Part shown: piece by piece, positions 27,271 to 41,450 of the stretch
How the letters are laid out: every line of letters begins with the position of its first letter
Position numbering within the stretch: the first letter of the stretch is position 1
From: Chrysomallon squamiferum
Lineage: Eukaryota; Animalia; Mollusca
DNA length: 64,000 nucleotides
Assembly (NCBI GenBank): GCA_012295275.1
Contig: CM022673.1
Location: forward strand, 6,882,001 to 6,946,000
Reading direction: 5' to 3'
Translations under genes and position numbers: made by a program
The notes under the pieces: generated by a model
Told to the model about the DNA's origin: nothing
The model's database searches: none
The model's input: only the letters and a program-made list of their open reading frames with translations

Positions 27271-29029
27271 TGTTTTTGCTACTTGACAGTGGTAGAAAAA
27301 AACCACGATGAAAAAACTTAGAAAAAGTCGGAGACGCCTTTCAAAAGATATCATCGGAAAGCGACATGTTTCGTCTTTAAGAAACAGTAGACTTCAAACT
27401 TAAAACAGCTACTACGACCATCCGCTCAACTTGAGGGAGACGTCGTCGCAGATCGTGTTTTCTGTCGAACCAATTGTTAAGTCATGGCCACTGAAACCGA
27501 TTCACTCCTGAGCCAGAAAGCGGATGATCAAGTCGATCCTCATCAACCAGAACTTCTGTTTGAAACTAACTGTTTGTGAGCAAAATTATCAGTTTATTTA
27601 TTTCTAGTGCGCGAAAAAGCGAAAATGTACGGTCATGTAACTTCACTTTCTCAACTGTTGTTCGTGATCTAAACTAAGTCTTCTTTTTTTTGTGTTTGTT
27701 TATTCAGTAATGTTTAGCTTTTGTGTTATTTTTCTGCGGTTGTGACTATCCTTTGGAAATAATAATGGCATTGATGATGGAATAAGTGTGTTTAATTACT
27801 GGGAGAAATGTTTTGTTTGAAACATGGTTCAATGAATAATAACATAGGTCACTCAGCCTTTGAAGAAAATTGCAGCTTGTTAAAAGAAAAATAAGAAAAA
27901 ACGAACCCCGAAAAATTATTATTCAGATTTTTAAATTTATCTCTTCTAAATCTATTTTACCATCTAGATCTTTTCGCTTTCATTAATTTGGTACAAAATC
28001 ATTTTTTTTTAGTACAAAAAGTGACGTTATGAATCCCCCCTCCCAAAAAGATATTTTTAATCGAGCGCAAGATGAAAGATTTTACTAACTTTGTCAGTAC
28101 ATATTAATGTTAATAAACTTTGCAGAGTAATGAAAAATATTATTCTGAATATCTACAACAGACAGTATGACATAGTATGAAATAAGCTTTGTCAGAGACA
28201 ATGTCGCTTCAGTTCGGGCCCTAAAAAAAATGTCGAGGTTTCTTCAAAATGGCACTTTTGCGAAAAAGGTGCCTAAAAAATTAAATATTAACTTTGGAAC
28301 TATTTGACTAACAACTTTGAATTTTTTTTTTCATCGATGAAGTTAGGATAAAAAGATATATAATTATAGTTAGAAATCAAGGTTGTATTTTCCTAAATTA
28401 AAATAACTTTTGAGTACCTAGACTGATTCCATGCTTTATCTGCCTTAGGCCGGTGTAGAATGAAAAAAATGTAATCATCAGAACGTAAACAGCTTCGCGT
28501 TGAAATCATTGTGCGCCAGGAAAATATTAAGCTGACCATCTGCAGGTAGCACTATATTATTCTATAAAGCTCTGGAACATTCTAGAAAGTCCTGTAGAAT
28601 TACTGTAGAAGAACTAAAACAGCAGCCATTGAAATTCAGTTGATTCTATAGAGCATCAGCTCCTAAATGATACCGGAATACTAAGTGCTTGGAATTTCAT
28701 GAATGTGGAATATTTTTCTAAAACCGGACGTACTGAACAAATTTATAATAGAACTGAAAATAATAATAATTTTTTTTGTTACATGATGCTATACTACAAA
28801 TATTTTAGAAAATTATATATATATATATATATATATTTTAGCTTCACTGGAAGATGAAGAGGCAAAATCTTCTGTCTCCGGACGAGATAAAAGAGAAACA
28901 ACAGAATACTACATAGACGTACTGACTGCCATAGACTACGCCATTTATCAAAGGTAAATAAATAAAGATATGAGAATGACGTGTTGATATGCTTGTAGGT
29001 TTAAACAATCAAAGATAATGCAGTTTGTA

Positions 29030-29385
29030 GCCACTGATTGTCTGATTGCCTGCCTGACTGATTGATTGATTAACTGATTAAGTCATTTAGTCTGTTCGAT
29101 TCTGGGTAAGCGGATGAGTCGGTGAGTCATTCACTCAGTTCAGTTCTGTTCTGTTTTGTGAGCCCGTGTGTCTCCAGCCAGGCAACGAGTCTGTGAACAA
29201 ATCCAGTGAGTCAGACATCAGTCTAATCAGTGAATGAATCAGTCACACAGTTACTCAGTTAGTCATTCAGTGAGTTAGTGTGTGAGTGAGTGTGTCAGCT
29301 AGCCAGTGAATCAGTGAGTAATCCAGAGTCAGTTAATTCAGTTAGTTAGACAGTGAGAGAGTAGCGAGTCAGGTTTAGACAGTGA
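29030..29385. repeat. Degenerate (TCAG/TGAG)n tetramer tract in intron 5, with a paralogue at 49115-49465
   Basis: Directly visible in both gene copies. Confidence 0.7.
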
Positions 29386-29895
29386 AAAAGAATATTTTAT
29401 GTGGGCAGCTATTCCATCTGATTGGACTGGTTAATCCCAATTCTGGCATTCCCGAATCTGGCAGTGAGATTATGACACATCTTAATTGGACACGCCAGTT
29501 GTTCCATTTCTGGCAGTTTATTGCTCACCCTTACTAATTGGTGTTCCATCACCTTAACTGATGGCCCATCACCGTAATTGATTAAACAGTATTTTGTCCA
29601 CAATTTGAAAGCACATTCAGTGAATTTTCGAAAAAAGAATATTTTACATCTGGAATTGGTGACATATCCAAAACCATCTGGAAGATTAATATTTCCTGTT
29701 CCAAATGTTACTGAGATATAAAATTAATTTCATATCTTTAATTTTTCTTGCAATTTTTAATTAATCTCGTTAATAGCCCCATATTATCTTGTTATTTTTA
29801 AACTAAATTTTTTTATTTATTTTTTTTAAGAGAACTTTACATACCATTGGACTATAGACTAAGATTAATATTTGATTTAATTATTATTATTATTA

Positions 29896-29930
<35 letters not shown>

Positions 29931-30610
29931 TAATTTTTTTTTTATTATTATTTTTTTTTTAGAGAATACAACCGATTCAACGTTAAGTTCTGAAGAAAGG
30001 AAAAGCAAAACTTTGCAGAACATTAGAGAATATTTCGCCTACGTTATGAACGGGGTAATCGTAATTAAGAAGTCTCTTTCCTTTCTTTAGTTGAACTCTT
30101 AAGGAATGAATTAAAAGCATACTGAAGTTCTTCTATCTGTTTTATCTGTCTGTCTGTCTGTCTGTCTTTTTATCTATGCGTTTGTCTATATGCCTTCCGA
30201 CTGTGTATTTAGTTATATGTCTGTATATATTTAATTAAACAGTTATTGTTTTATTTGCAGGTAAATCTTCGTTATAAGAGAATAACTGGACTCAGTTTTC
30301 GTTTGGTTATTAGACTGACAGGTTACGTTGTAGGTGACGTAAGTGTATTATTGTTATTGTTATTGTCATTGTTATTATTATTATTCTGTTTATTATTATT
30401 GTAAATGCTATTTATTTGTTATTAGAGATATATTTTTTATTATTATTATTATTATTATTATTGTTGTTGTTGTTGTTATTATTGTTATTATTCTGTGGAT
30501 TCTGTAAATAAAATATATGACAAACATTGGAAATCGTATTCATTTCAGCTTATGTTTAGATTTTTTTTTAAATGCAGTTTTTATATTGATAATGATATAA
30601 ATTAGAACAT

Positions 30611-30648
<38 letters not shown>

Positions 30649-30999
30649 ATTTGGTATCTATTAATCATAGTTCTTTCTGTCTCTCTTTTTCTTTGTTCTC
30701 ATCCTATTTTTTCTATTTCTTCTTCATTTTGTAAACTAATTAATTATTATTCTCGGTTTTTGAACTTGGATAATTTGTAAATTATTTAAAATGATTTTTC
30801 CAGACACGAGATAAATCTCCGTGGACTGAAAATAACGTTACCATGACGTCAGAGGGTGGAGAAATCGACTCTTCAGTGGCTTTGAGTAATTTAAGATCGT
30901 GGGTTGCCTCGACGTCACTACCTGAGAATGATCATGTGATGTTATTTAGCGGGTGAGTTCCAATAATGATCAGTAATTTTATTGTATTTTACCAGACCT

Positions 31000-31030
<31 letters not shown>

Positions 31031-31706
31031 TATCATTCACAGTATCCAGTGCCTTACGAAATACATCGCAGTCTACACTAACATCTCGAAATCAACTTTT
31101 AAAAAGTTCTACACGTTAAAGACCAATAGACATGCTGATGTTGTTTGTTTAACGCGCAGTTCAGAGAAGTGGATGATCGCAAGATCAATCCTGTTCAGTG
31201 TCCACGTTTTGTTATTTCTTTTTCGAGTCAATGTTTTGCTTCAGTCTGAAAATTCTTCCTGGCACTTTCTTATTTTTTTCTTTCTTTCTTTTTTCATTTC
31301 AGGTATGATTTTTTCAGGATTAAACAGAATGTTAAGAAAAATTCGTATCTTGGTAAGTGTGTGTGTATATATAAATGAATATATTTTTCGTATATAATAA
31401 TTTCGTAGTTCATTTTTTTTGATTGTTATAAATTGCTTTATTTCTTCATCATTTCTTGTATTCTGTGAAAAACTCTCTGTCTTTCTGTGTGTCTATCTGT
31501 CAGTCTGTCTCTCTTTGTCTCTCTCAGTATGTGATTTATGCTTATTTCAAAATATTATCACATTTTCTTTAAAAATAAAACACGGCCTAGAGAAAACAAC
31601 CATAAAAACAAACCAACCGATCAAACAAAAGACAGCCAAAAAACAAAAAACAACAAAAAGTCCGTCCAAAATTGAAAAGGGGGAAAAAATATCAGAAAAA
31701 ATTTAG

Positions 31707-31758
<52 letters not shown>

Positions 31759-33591
31759 ATAAAAATATTTATTAAAAAGGAATAGCTTATTTGTTTCGAA
31801 TGTGTCAAAAAGGTCAACAATAGAAGAATTTTAAACTAAAAATCATAACTATAATTAAATAGGTTGTTTTATTTCATCACTAAAATTAACTTTGGGAGGT
31901 TTTAGTTATTTCTGTAATATCATTTTGTCTCGTTAATGTTTGTGAATAATATAGAATATATATGATTTTTTATAATTTTATTTTCTGAGCCATACGTATA
32001 TGTTATTTGTTGAAGATCATTTGGTAAATTTTATTTTTTTTCAAAAAAAAAAATAAAAATAAATAAATTAAAACAGCAACTCATGAATATTTGGAGTTAG
32101 GTAACTTTGTTCTCTATTAATTTTTACTAGTTGTGGTAACCAAATTGAGGCAGATCATACCGAAAAAGATTTTATTTTTCATACAAAAATTTAATTTTAA
32201 AATAAAAAATTTAAATCTCTATTCCGAGAGAAACGATATCCACTGAATGAATTCGTTTATGTCTACGGTTACCGTTTGAAGTTTATCGACATCATTGCGA
32301 CAGAAGACATAGCTGACTTCAAACAGGAAATGGCTAGAATCTAGGATTTTGCGTCTTTCAAGTCATAGCTTCTGGGTGTGTTAGAAGGCCCCCAGATAAC
32401 TCGCCCACATTTTATTGACAATTACGTGTTTTTGCCTCGTTTCAAAAACAATCTAGTTACGTCCATCTAATTTATTATCCGATGCAAATAATTACTTTTA
32501 TTTTATCTATTTTTCAACATTACGTGCTCGTTTCTTTTCTTCCGTCTCTCTCTCTTACATACATAAGCATAAATATACAAACACAAACAATAAAGGATAT
32601 TCAATATAGACAAACACATACAGAAGATCAACACAGCAGAAAAGCAAACACACGCATACACATTTTTCCATCGTAATATCTGGGCAACATAATTCATTTA
32701 TTAATATTAATAATTAACTGGAAATTATTATTTTTTATTTTACGTTCCTATTAAAGTGATTTGTATTTTTATTTAATTTATTTATTCAGTTTGGGAGCTA
32801 GACACGACGGTGATGGCAACAACTGCAGTGCAAACGATCAGTACATCATGACGGCGGTGACTCGGGAGAGAACTGATCCAAACAACACAAATCACTGGAC
32901 TTTTTCTAACTGTTCTCTCACTTACTTTAACAACTACATGACGTCTCTTATGAATACAGTGTATGTACATTTTATATTCGTCCTTTGCGGAGAAAACAAA
33001 TATTGTGAATATATGTTCATTTATTTCGAGATATTATTTTAGTAATGTTCTAAATGTATTTCCGTATAATTTGAATTTTTCATTTTATTTCTGTTCTAAA
33101 TATGTGTTTGCACATTTCGAAGATTTTGTTTTCATTTTACTCGTCTTCTAAATATATTTTTGTACATTTCCTAAATTATTATCTTATTTGCACAAATATT
33201 TTCTACTAATAAAATGCGACTTAAAACAATAGACTTATGGATCGATTAACATTCGTTTTCTCCCTTACGCAATTTCTGTTTGTATCTAGATAGCGAACAG
33301 AAGAAAATGTATCATGTCCTCAGTCTGTTACGGATTTCTGTTTTCACATCTCTATCGTAAAAGATATCAAAGTGACAGCATGTAACATAAGAAAATAGTA
33401 ACTTTCGAGAACTCCAACTTTACTGTCATACTTTAATGTGAATATATATATATATTTAAAAACCACCATTCAATATATGCATAAATATATATGTATGTGT
33501 ATATATATATGTATATGCATATTTACACATATATCTTTAGATACATACATTTATATATATATATATACATACATATTTACATACATATATT

Positions 33592-33630
<39 letters not shown>

Positions 33631-35659
33631 TTTTCCTTCATTTACGTCTACCACATTAAGATATTATTAAAACAACAACAACCTATTATATTACTAATAA
33701 AATTATTATAATCCAGGTATGGAAGAAAATGTCTGACTGAGAAAGTAACAAAAGACAAAGTCCCATCAGTCGATGATTTTCCAGGACAGAAGTACAGTCC
33801 TGATGTTCAGTGTCAGAGGTTACATGGACCAAAATCAAAAGTTTGTCGGGTACAATCAATACATTTCCCAGTTTCTCTGATTTTTTTTCATTATTTTTGT
33901 TTTTTTTTAAATTTTGGCAGGATTTACAAAATAAACTACAAATATTACACTTTTCTCCTCTCTTTTCTCATTTTCACAGTTTCTCTGATTCTTTTTTATG
34001 TTTGTGATTTTGATAATAATTATTAATTCTCTCTCAAAAAAATCAAAAGTCACTGTCGGGTTTGCCCTCTCATAATTATCGAATTTTTGTTCTTTAATTT
34101 TATTTCAGTGGCATTTCAAAAAATAATACAAAATAAGCTTTGCTCCACATTTGTATGTTTCTGATTCCGATAAAAGTATCATTTCAGGGACTTGTCATTT
34201 AAACCAGATTACAGCAGAGTGTGTTTCATTATGTATTGTAAGAAACCAGATACTGATTTGTGTTACAGTTATGATGCCGCTAGAGGAACAACGACTGCAA
34301 AAAGAAAAAAAAATAAAAAGAAAACAAAAAAAAAAAATGGATAAAAAAAACTGTTCTCTGTATCATTTTGATGTACTGAATTATTGAAAACAACCCTGGA
34401 AATAAAAGGTAAAAAAAAAAAAAAAAAAAGAAGAACAACAAAAAAAACCTAACAAAAAAGTAAAACAAGAAGAACAAAAACAAACAAGGAAAAAAGGAAC
34501 AAAACAATAAAAAATAAATAAATAATAATAAATTAATAAAATATATAATAAAAAGAACAGCAACAAAAAAAAAAAAAAAAAAAAAAAAATAATAATAATA
34601 ATAAAAAATAAAAATAAAACAGTAAAAGAACTAAAATAACAAATAGTTATTTCTCTGTCTCTTTCTCTCCTTCTCGGACTTTCTGTCTGTCTCTCTGTTT
34701 GTCTCCGACACTCTACTCCATCCCTCTCTGTTTTCTCTTTCTGCCTTGCTCGCTGTTTCTCTTCTACCAAAATGTAATATTATATTTTTTCAGTGGTGTA
34801 TAAATGGCCTGTGTGTATCATCCCCGGATGCTCCTAGTGTTGATGGTAAGTAACTGTTTAACATCCAAAAACACTAGAACAGTAATAACATAAACAATGA
34901 ATAGAAGTTATCAGAAAACAACAACAAACAAACAACATAACTACGATCTAAAGATCTACAAAACCTTATCAAATGTCATTTTAATATTCCTAAACTTGTT
35001 GACTATATTCTTTTCCAATTATTTCAATCTATAGAAATAAAATATATATGTTTTCAGAAACGTGTCCTTTCGGAGATGAGCCAGGTGTTGTCTATAAAGG
35101 AAAAACGTGTGAAGACTATATCTCTGGTTCTGGATCACGGCGCTGCTATGGCGATCTCTTCAGAAAGCGTTGTTGTCACTCGTGTGGTCTTCACTACACA
35201 GGAATACCAGGTATTAAGCATGTATTTACGTACACATTATGAATGAATGAATGAATAAATAAAAAAATAATTAAAATTAAAAACAAGAAAAAAATAATTT
35301 AGAATATGCATTCAACGCTTTTTTCTTCTTCTTTTCTTAAATTTGCCATATAGTCGATATCACAATTGTCGTTCTTAGTTAATATGTACAAAATATCACA
35401 TTATGAAATAAAAAAGTGTTTTGTTTAATCAGCTACAGAGTTTTAAAATGTTTAATCGGTCTGAAGGTAGATTATTTTTTGTTTGTTAAATGTACTCACC
35501 TCTTACGAATAAAAAAGTATAATAATTTATTATTATGCATACCAATTACTATATTACTGTTTTGAGTGATGTGTCTCCACCCATAACACAGTGTAATAAT
35601 CAAATAATGCTATTCCTAGATGGTTAACGCCTCCTTCTTACTCATTCTCACCCTATGGC

Positions 35660-35698
<39 letters not shown>

Positions 35699-35980
35699 AT
35701 ATATGTATATACACACACACAAACACACACAAACACACACATTCTGATTACGCCAGGAGACACTTTCGAGCGACTGGGTCCATCTTATACCCAATGCCAC
35801 CTTTGTAGTTACTGACTGGACTGAGGAAAAACAAAATGAAACAATATAAATAAATAAAAATAAATAAATAAAACATAAATAATAAAAATAAAGAACACAA
35901 CAGGAAAGAAAGAAAGAAAGAAAGAAAGAAAGTCCCACAAAACAACAACAACACAATGTTTGCTATGGTTTTTTTTGTAG

Positions 35981-37429
35981 ATTGTTTGTACGGCGACAAA
36001 ACTGATTGTTCTAAAGAATACTGTGGAAAGGGTTATACTTTTGAAAACAGGACCATTGCTTATGAAACGTATTGTTGTAAAACATGTGCACCAGAAACAA
36101 CAACTACTACAACGATCGAAACTACTACCAGTACAACGACAGAACCTACCGCCAGTACGACGACCAAACCTACTACAAGTACAACAACCCAACTTACCAC
36201 AAGTACACCGACCCAACTTACCACAAGTACACCGACCCAACTTACAACAAGTACACCGACCCAACTTACCACAAGTACAACAACCCAACTTACCACAAGC
36301 ACACCGACCAAACCTACCACAAGTACACCAACCCAACTTACCACAAGTACAACGACCCAACCTACAACAAGTACAGCAACCCAACTAATCAGTACAACGA
36401 CCCAATTTACCACAAGTACACCAACCCAACTTACCACAAGTACAACTACCCAACCTACCACAAGTACACCGACCGAACCTACCACCAGTACAACGACCGA
36501 ACCTACCACCAGTACAACGACCGAACCTACCACAAGTACAACGACCCAACCTACCACAAGTACAACGACCCAGCCTACCACCAGTACAACGACCCAGCCT
36601 ACCACAAGTACAACGACCCAGCCTACCACAAGTACAACCACCCAACCTACCACAAGTACAACGACCCAGCCTACCACAAGTACACCGACCCAACTTACTA
36701 CAAGTACAATGACCCAACTTACCACCAGTACACCGACCCAACTTACCACAAGTACACCGACCCAACTTACCACCAGTACACCGACGCACCCTACCACCAA
36801 TACAACGACCCAACTTACCACAAGTACAACGACCGAACCTACCACAAGTACACAGACCCAACCTACCACAAGTACACCGACCCAACTTACCACAAGTACA
36901 ACGACCCAACCTACCACAAGTACAACGACCCAACCTACCACAAGTACACCGACCCAACTTACCACAAGTACAACGACCCAACTTACCACAAGTACACCGA
37001 CCGAACCTACCACAAGTACAACGAACGAACCTACCACAAGTACAACGACCCAACCTACCACAAGTACAACGACCCAACCTACCACAAGTACAACGACCCA
37101 ACCTACCACAAGTACAACGACCGAACCTACCACAAGTACAACGACCCAACCTACCACAAGTACACCGACCCAACCTACCACAAGTACACCAACCCAACTA
37201 ATCAGTAGAACAACAGAACCTGCCACAAGTACAACGACCAAACCTACGACTACAATGACCGAACCGACAAAACGTACAACAACGAATAAACCTTGTTTTG
37301 ATTCTGGCTACTTTAAAGGACTGAACTGTTCTCAGTATGTCGACATGAAAGGCAGTTTTGTGTGCTATGAAAGCAGAGTGGAGAAAGAATGCTGTGCCAA
37401 ATGTGCAAGTGTCGCAACTTCAGTTGAAG
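35981..37429 (+). CDS. Copy A mucin exon: PLAC-like module, Thr-rich 8-aa repeats (TTSTTTQP/TTSTPTQL), second PLAC-like module
   Basis: Open frame (ORF 35956-37446) with a TGTAG acceptor and G|GTAAAA donor. The repeat unit is 24 bp. Confidence 0.85.
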
Positions 37430-37889
37430 GTAAAATAAAATTCTGAAGGATACATTATTTAAAGTGTGGTGTAAACAGGATAACTATTAATAGCTGCATG
37501 TATGATTAGAATAATTATTAACTCAATATAAACAACAACTGAATTGTTCGTTAAATTGTGAAGTAGTATTTAAATTACTATCTTGAATCGTATTCTTTAA
37601 ACATTCAGGATATTTATACAAAGGACTAATTTGTTTTCTACATTATAACGACCGAAACTACTACCAGTACATTAATTTTATATTGGTTATTATTTATGTC
37701 TTCCACAACAATCGCGCCAACACACACACGAGTAAACAGTTCAATACTATTGTATATTTTTACAGGTTGCAAGTATGGCGATAGAAATTCACGGATTTGT
37801 CGTCGGGCTACTCAGCGATGGATCGGCTGTTTAGTGGAGAATACTCTCTGCTGCATGACCTGTAAGAAAACATCTGGGGCTTCTAGTTC

Positions 37890-38009
37890 ACAAGCAAGTT
37901 ATTCTACAGGACTGACAACGTTTTTAGCTTCAATATTTTTACTTTACAAGCAAGTTATTCTAGAGGACTGACAATGTTTTTAGCTTCAATATTTCAGCTT
38001 TATAAGCAG
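37890..38009 (+). repeat. 56-bp tandem repeat (2 units) overlapping the stop codon of copy A
   Basis: ACAAGCAAGTTATTCTACAGGACTGACAACGTTTTTAGCTTCAATATTTTTACTTT is repeated. Confidence 0.85.
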
Positions 38010-38114
38010 GTATCAAATAAAGTGTACTTTGCTCAATATCGAATGTTTTAGTTCTAAATATTGATAGTATTAATAAATCTATTTACACAAAGTTTTTACT
38101 GATGTTTTGTGCTT

Positions 38115-38500
38115 TGTGACAACACTCCAGAAGGACTCGCATCACTTACTCATTACTTCGACTTAACGTATGGTGTGTCTGGTGGATATCGTCGTATCGA
38201 CCCTCTATTCATCTGTGTCGGATACCTCTGTCTATGAGTCTTATATCTGGAACATCAGCCTGGTTGGAGGCTCCAGAACCAACAACATCAGCGTAGGGTG
38301 GAAGAATGCCACCATGAAACGTGTTGGCCACGCCCATCCCACTATATGGAGAGTCAGCGCAAAGCTGGAACGATTGTTACGACGGCCTTTCTCAGTGATC
38401 GCCGTGGAACCCGCCAGCTAAGCGCAGAAGACGACTCACTGTCAGTCTGCAGGCCGGACTCAACAAGCTTTGTTCAGACTGAAGCCAGGATATTAACGTA
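38115..38500 (+). mobile_element. MULE (Mutator-like) transposase fragment
   Basis: With a frameshift it translates as DNTPEGLASLTHYFDLTYGVSGGYRRID...IWNISLVGGSRTNNISVGWKNATMKRVGHAHPTIWR. This matches the C-terminal YFDxTY and WN-x-RTNN-xxEGW-x-HPTIW motifs of animal MULE transposases. Confidence 0.75.
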
Positions 38501-38846
38501 ATTCTCGCCACTGTGTTCAATGGAAATAACGTTTATATGTTTTACACAGAGACATCTGCGGTTGTTATGGATTTTCAAGCAATACCAAATATCACAATTC
38601 TTTTATGTTATTTTTCAAATTTTATTTTTCTTTATATCTTTTTTCTTTTTTTTTCTTTATTTCTTTGTATAACTTGTTTTTTTCATACATACGTATTTGT
38701 TAATATTTTGATAATGAATATTGTTTTCATTATATATTCCGAAGAGCATTCAGAATTTAACCGACACTTAAGACACACCCACACACCCACTCCCACACCC
38801 ACACACATACACACACACCAACACCTGCACACATGCACACACAGGC

Positions 38847-38877
<31 letters not shown>

Positions 38878-39322
38878 AAGATAGATATAAATAGACTGAT
38901 AAATAAAACTAATAATAAATAACGAATCACTGTACTGGTTGATATATCAATTATAGGGAAACCATTTATAGTGAAATGGAGAAACGATTGTTTTAACAAA
39001 GTTTCACTGATAAAGGTGTGGATTAAGGAAGGAACTAACCCTTTTTTGTGAGACATAGCAAGTAGTTGTAAAAATGAGTAACAGAACAGTTATAAAAGAA
39101 ACCAGGGTTATTTGTGTTGTTTGGATCTGTTCTACTGCGAATCGGTGCCGCCATGATGAAAGCTAAATATATAAATTAATATACAAAACAATAATTTAGT
39201 CTCCCTCCCCTGCAAAAAGAGAAAAAGCAATAAAAAAAACCTTACAAACAACAACAACAAAAACAAACAACAGAAAAAAATAAATATAACAACTAAAACT
39301 AAAACTAAATATTTAAAAAACA

Positions 39323-41450
39323 GAATACAGCAGAATTTGTTTTGCTCTGTTCTGTCTGAAAACAGGGGCTTGATGGTATGTGTTCCCGGTATAATGCGGC
39401 CAGAGGTACCACTTGTGGAAATAAAAAGGTGGAACTAAAGACGAGAAAAAAAAAAAAAAAAACCTGTGTCAAAATCTGCCTAAATGAAGATATAACAACG
39501 TAGAGTATATAAAAACAAAAATAAAATAGTATTATGAAGTTAGAAATTCAAAATGTATAGAAAATGCTACAAAACATGGTGAAAAAGATTACCCCCCCAC
39601 CTTGGGCGTATTTAGGGTGGGTCAAGGAGTAGCTCACTCCTCCTTTCTCCAACGTATCTACAATATTTCGAGAATTTTAAAAATATTGTTTTTATCAAAT
39701 ATAAACGTTAACAGAATATCGTTTTTCCTGTTTACTCATATTGCTTGATGCGTTGTTAAAACGTGTAAACAAAATTCTTTGATTTTTTATTTTTCTTAAT
39801 TTTATCTTACGTCATATCTAATTTATTCTTCATATATTCAAATTTTCTTTTTTGAGATAACTGTTTGTTTGAGACAGTAGTTGAGTTGTAAAGTCCTGAC
39901 GTGGTTATGATATATATATATATATATATATTAGGTTCCAAATAATGATATTCCAAAAGAAAATATGCTAAGTGAAAATCCGCTGTTGAAATCTTGTAGA
40001 AAACATTTACAATTAGAATAAAGGGTTCAAAAATGAGAATGAAAATTTCTGAGTTATTTCTTTTATCAACAGTCCATTTCTAGATAAATAATTATTTGTT
40101 GTTTTTAATAACTTATGAACAGAAATAATATATTAAACTGATACTAAGATTCAAACAAAACTAATGGTTTGTTACAAGAAGGCACTAGCAAACTGAATGT
40201 TAAAAGACCAGGTGTTCGATAGAACTGATTTACGTATTAATTTAAATCATATCACCTGCGAATCCAGTTAGTTTCATTATAATGATTAAATTGCTGTTTT
40301 CTTTATAATTACAGTGGTGTATAGACGGCCAGTGCGTGTCATCCCCATTTGCACCTAGCGTCGACGGTAAGTAGTAGTCAGACAGCAAAGAACTATGAAA
40401 AATAACTAGAAATATGTAAGTCACCTAATAGTAACTGCCAGTCATTGATATGTCAAAAGGTGATAATCAGACTGACGATCTTAAACGACGTTTGTAACAA
40501 TAATAACTGTTTCTGATAGTATTCGTTTTGTTAATAATGTTAATGGCAGTTATCGTTGTACTAGCAACAGTATGACGACAACCACAACAGTAACGGAAAT
40601 AAAAACTAAGCCAACAACACAGAGTAACAACAACAACAATAGGCTTTTCTCTTCGTAGACGTTAGGAACTTGCTTGGATATAAATCTCTAGAAATTGTCT
40701 AAAGTCTTTTTCGTTCTATTCTTACATCTTTTCTTTTTCTTTTTTATTTTTTAAAAAGCAGGATCAGTTATTTATTTTATAGCTGTTTCATTACACAGTT
40801 CCTTATTTTCTTATTTCCAGTGATAGAAATGGGAAATACGCAGGTGTTTTCATATTTTGCAGTTTATGCCCAGTTTCTGCATCTTTGTAGTGTCAGAGAC
40901 GTGTATTAGCTTGTCTGTCAAGTTTTTACCAGTTAAAATTAACTTTTTTGTATTCTGTAATTATACTTACATATGTTACTCATCTTTAATAAATTAATAA
41001 CATTTCACGATCTCCCTGAATTAGAATTTTTCTCACGATATACAGCAGGTAAAAAATAAGCCAGTATTTTTCTATTATATGCCAACAATAACAAACTGCA
41101 TTTTTTGGATTAATAAACTATTTCAAGGAAGGAATTACAGCGTCTATCCTTCTCTTTCCCAATCTCAAACTCACAGTTTTCGTGTACCCGTTGTTCCCAA
41201 AACCCGTTTCCATCACTGGCTTTGTCAGTGGTGCGACAGACTGAACGTTTTAAGTTTTCGGGTTCAGTTTTCTTTACAGCAATGTTTTATCTTCAGAAAC
41301 ATGTCCTTTTGGAGACGAGACTGGTCCTGTGTATTCAGGAAAGACTTGTGAGGAATATATCCTCGGTTCTGGAAACTGGTTGTGTTATGATGGTCATTAT
41401 AGAAACGCTTTGTTGTAAATCATGCAGTCTTCGATACACAGGGATGCCAG
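39323..41450 (+). pseudogene. Three-exon relic of a more divergent paralogue of the metalloprotease gene (equivalent to exons 13-15)
   Basis: 39323-39428: EYSRICFALFCLK../..DGMCSRYNAARGTTCGNKK, frameshifted and 5'-truncated. 40315-40366: WCIDGQCVSSPFAPSVD. 41297-41450: TCPFGDETGPVYSGKTCEEYILGSGNWLCYDGHYR../CCKSCSLRYTGMP, 154 nt versus 153 nt in A and B. Confidence 0.85.

Larger units (their letters stand above)
23823..37971 (+). pseudogene. ADAMTS/MIG-17-like M12B metalloprotease with PLAC-like modules, mucin stalk and GPI-like tail, copy A (disrupted as assembled)
   Basis: Exons: 23823-23886, 24361-24578 (GC donor), 25315-25401, 26475-26616, 28842-28953, 29963-30054 (5-nt deletion relative to B), 30261-30338, 30804-30952, 31303-31352, about 31779-32100 (zinc-motif exon, fragmented), 32790-32960, 33717-33849, 34188-about 34408 (disrupted), 34794-34845, 35058-35210, 35981-37429, 37766-37971. 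Collinear with copy B exon by exon. Confidence 0.75.
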
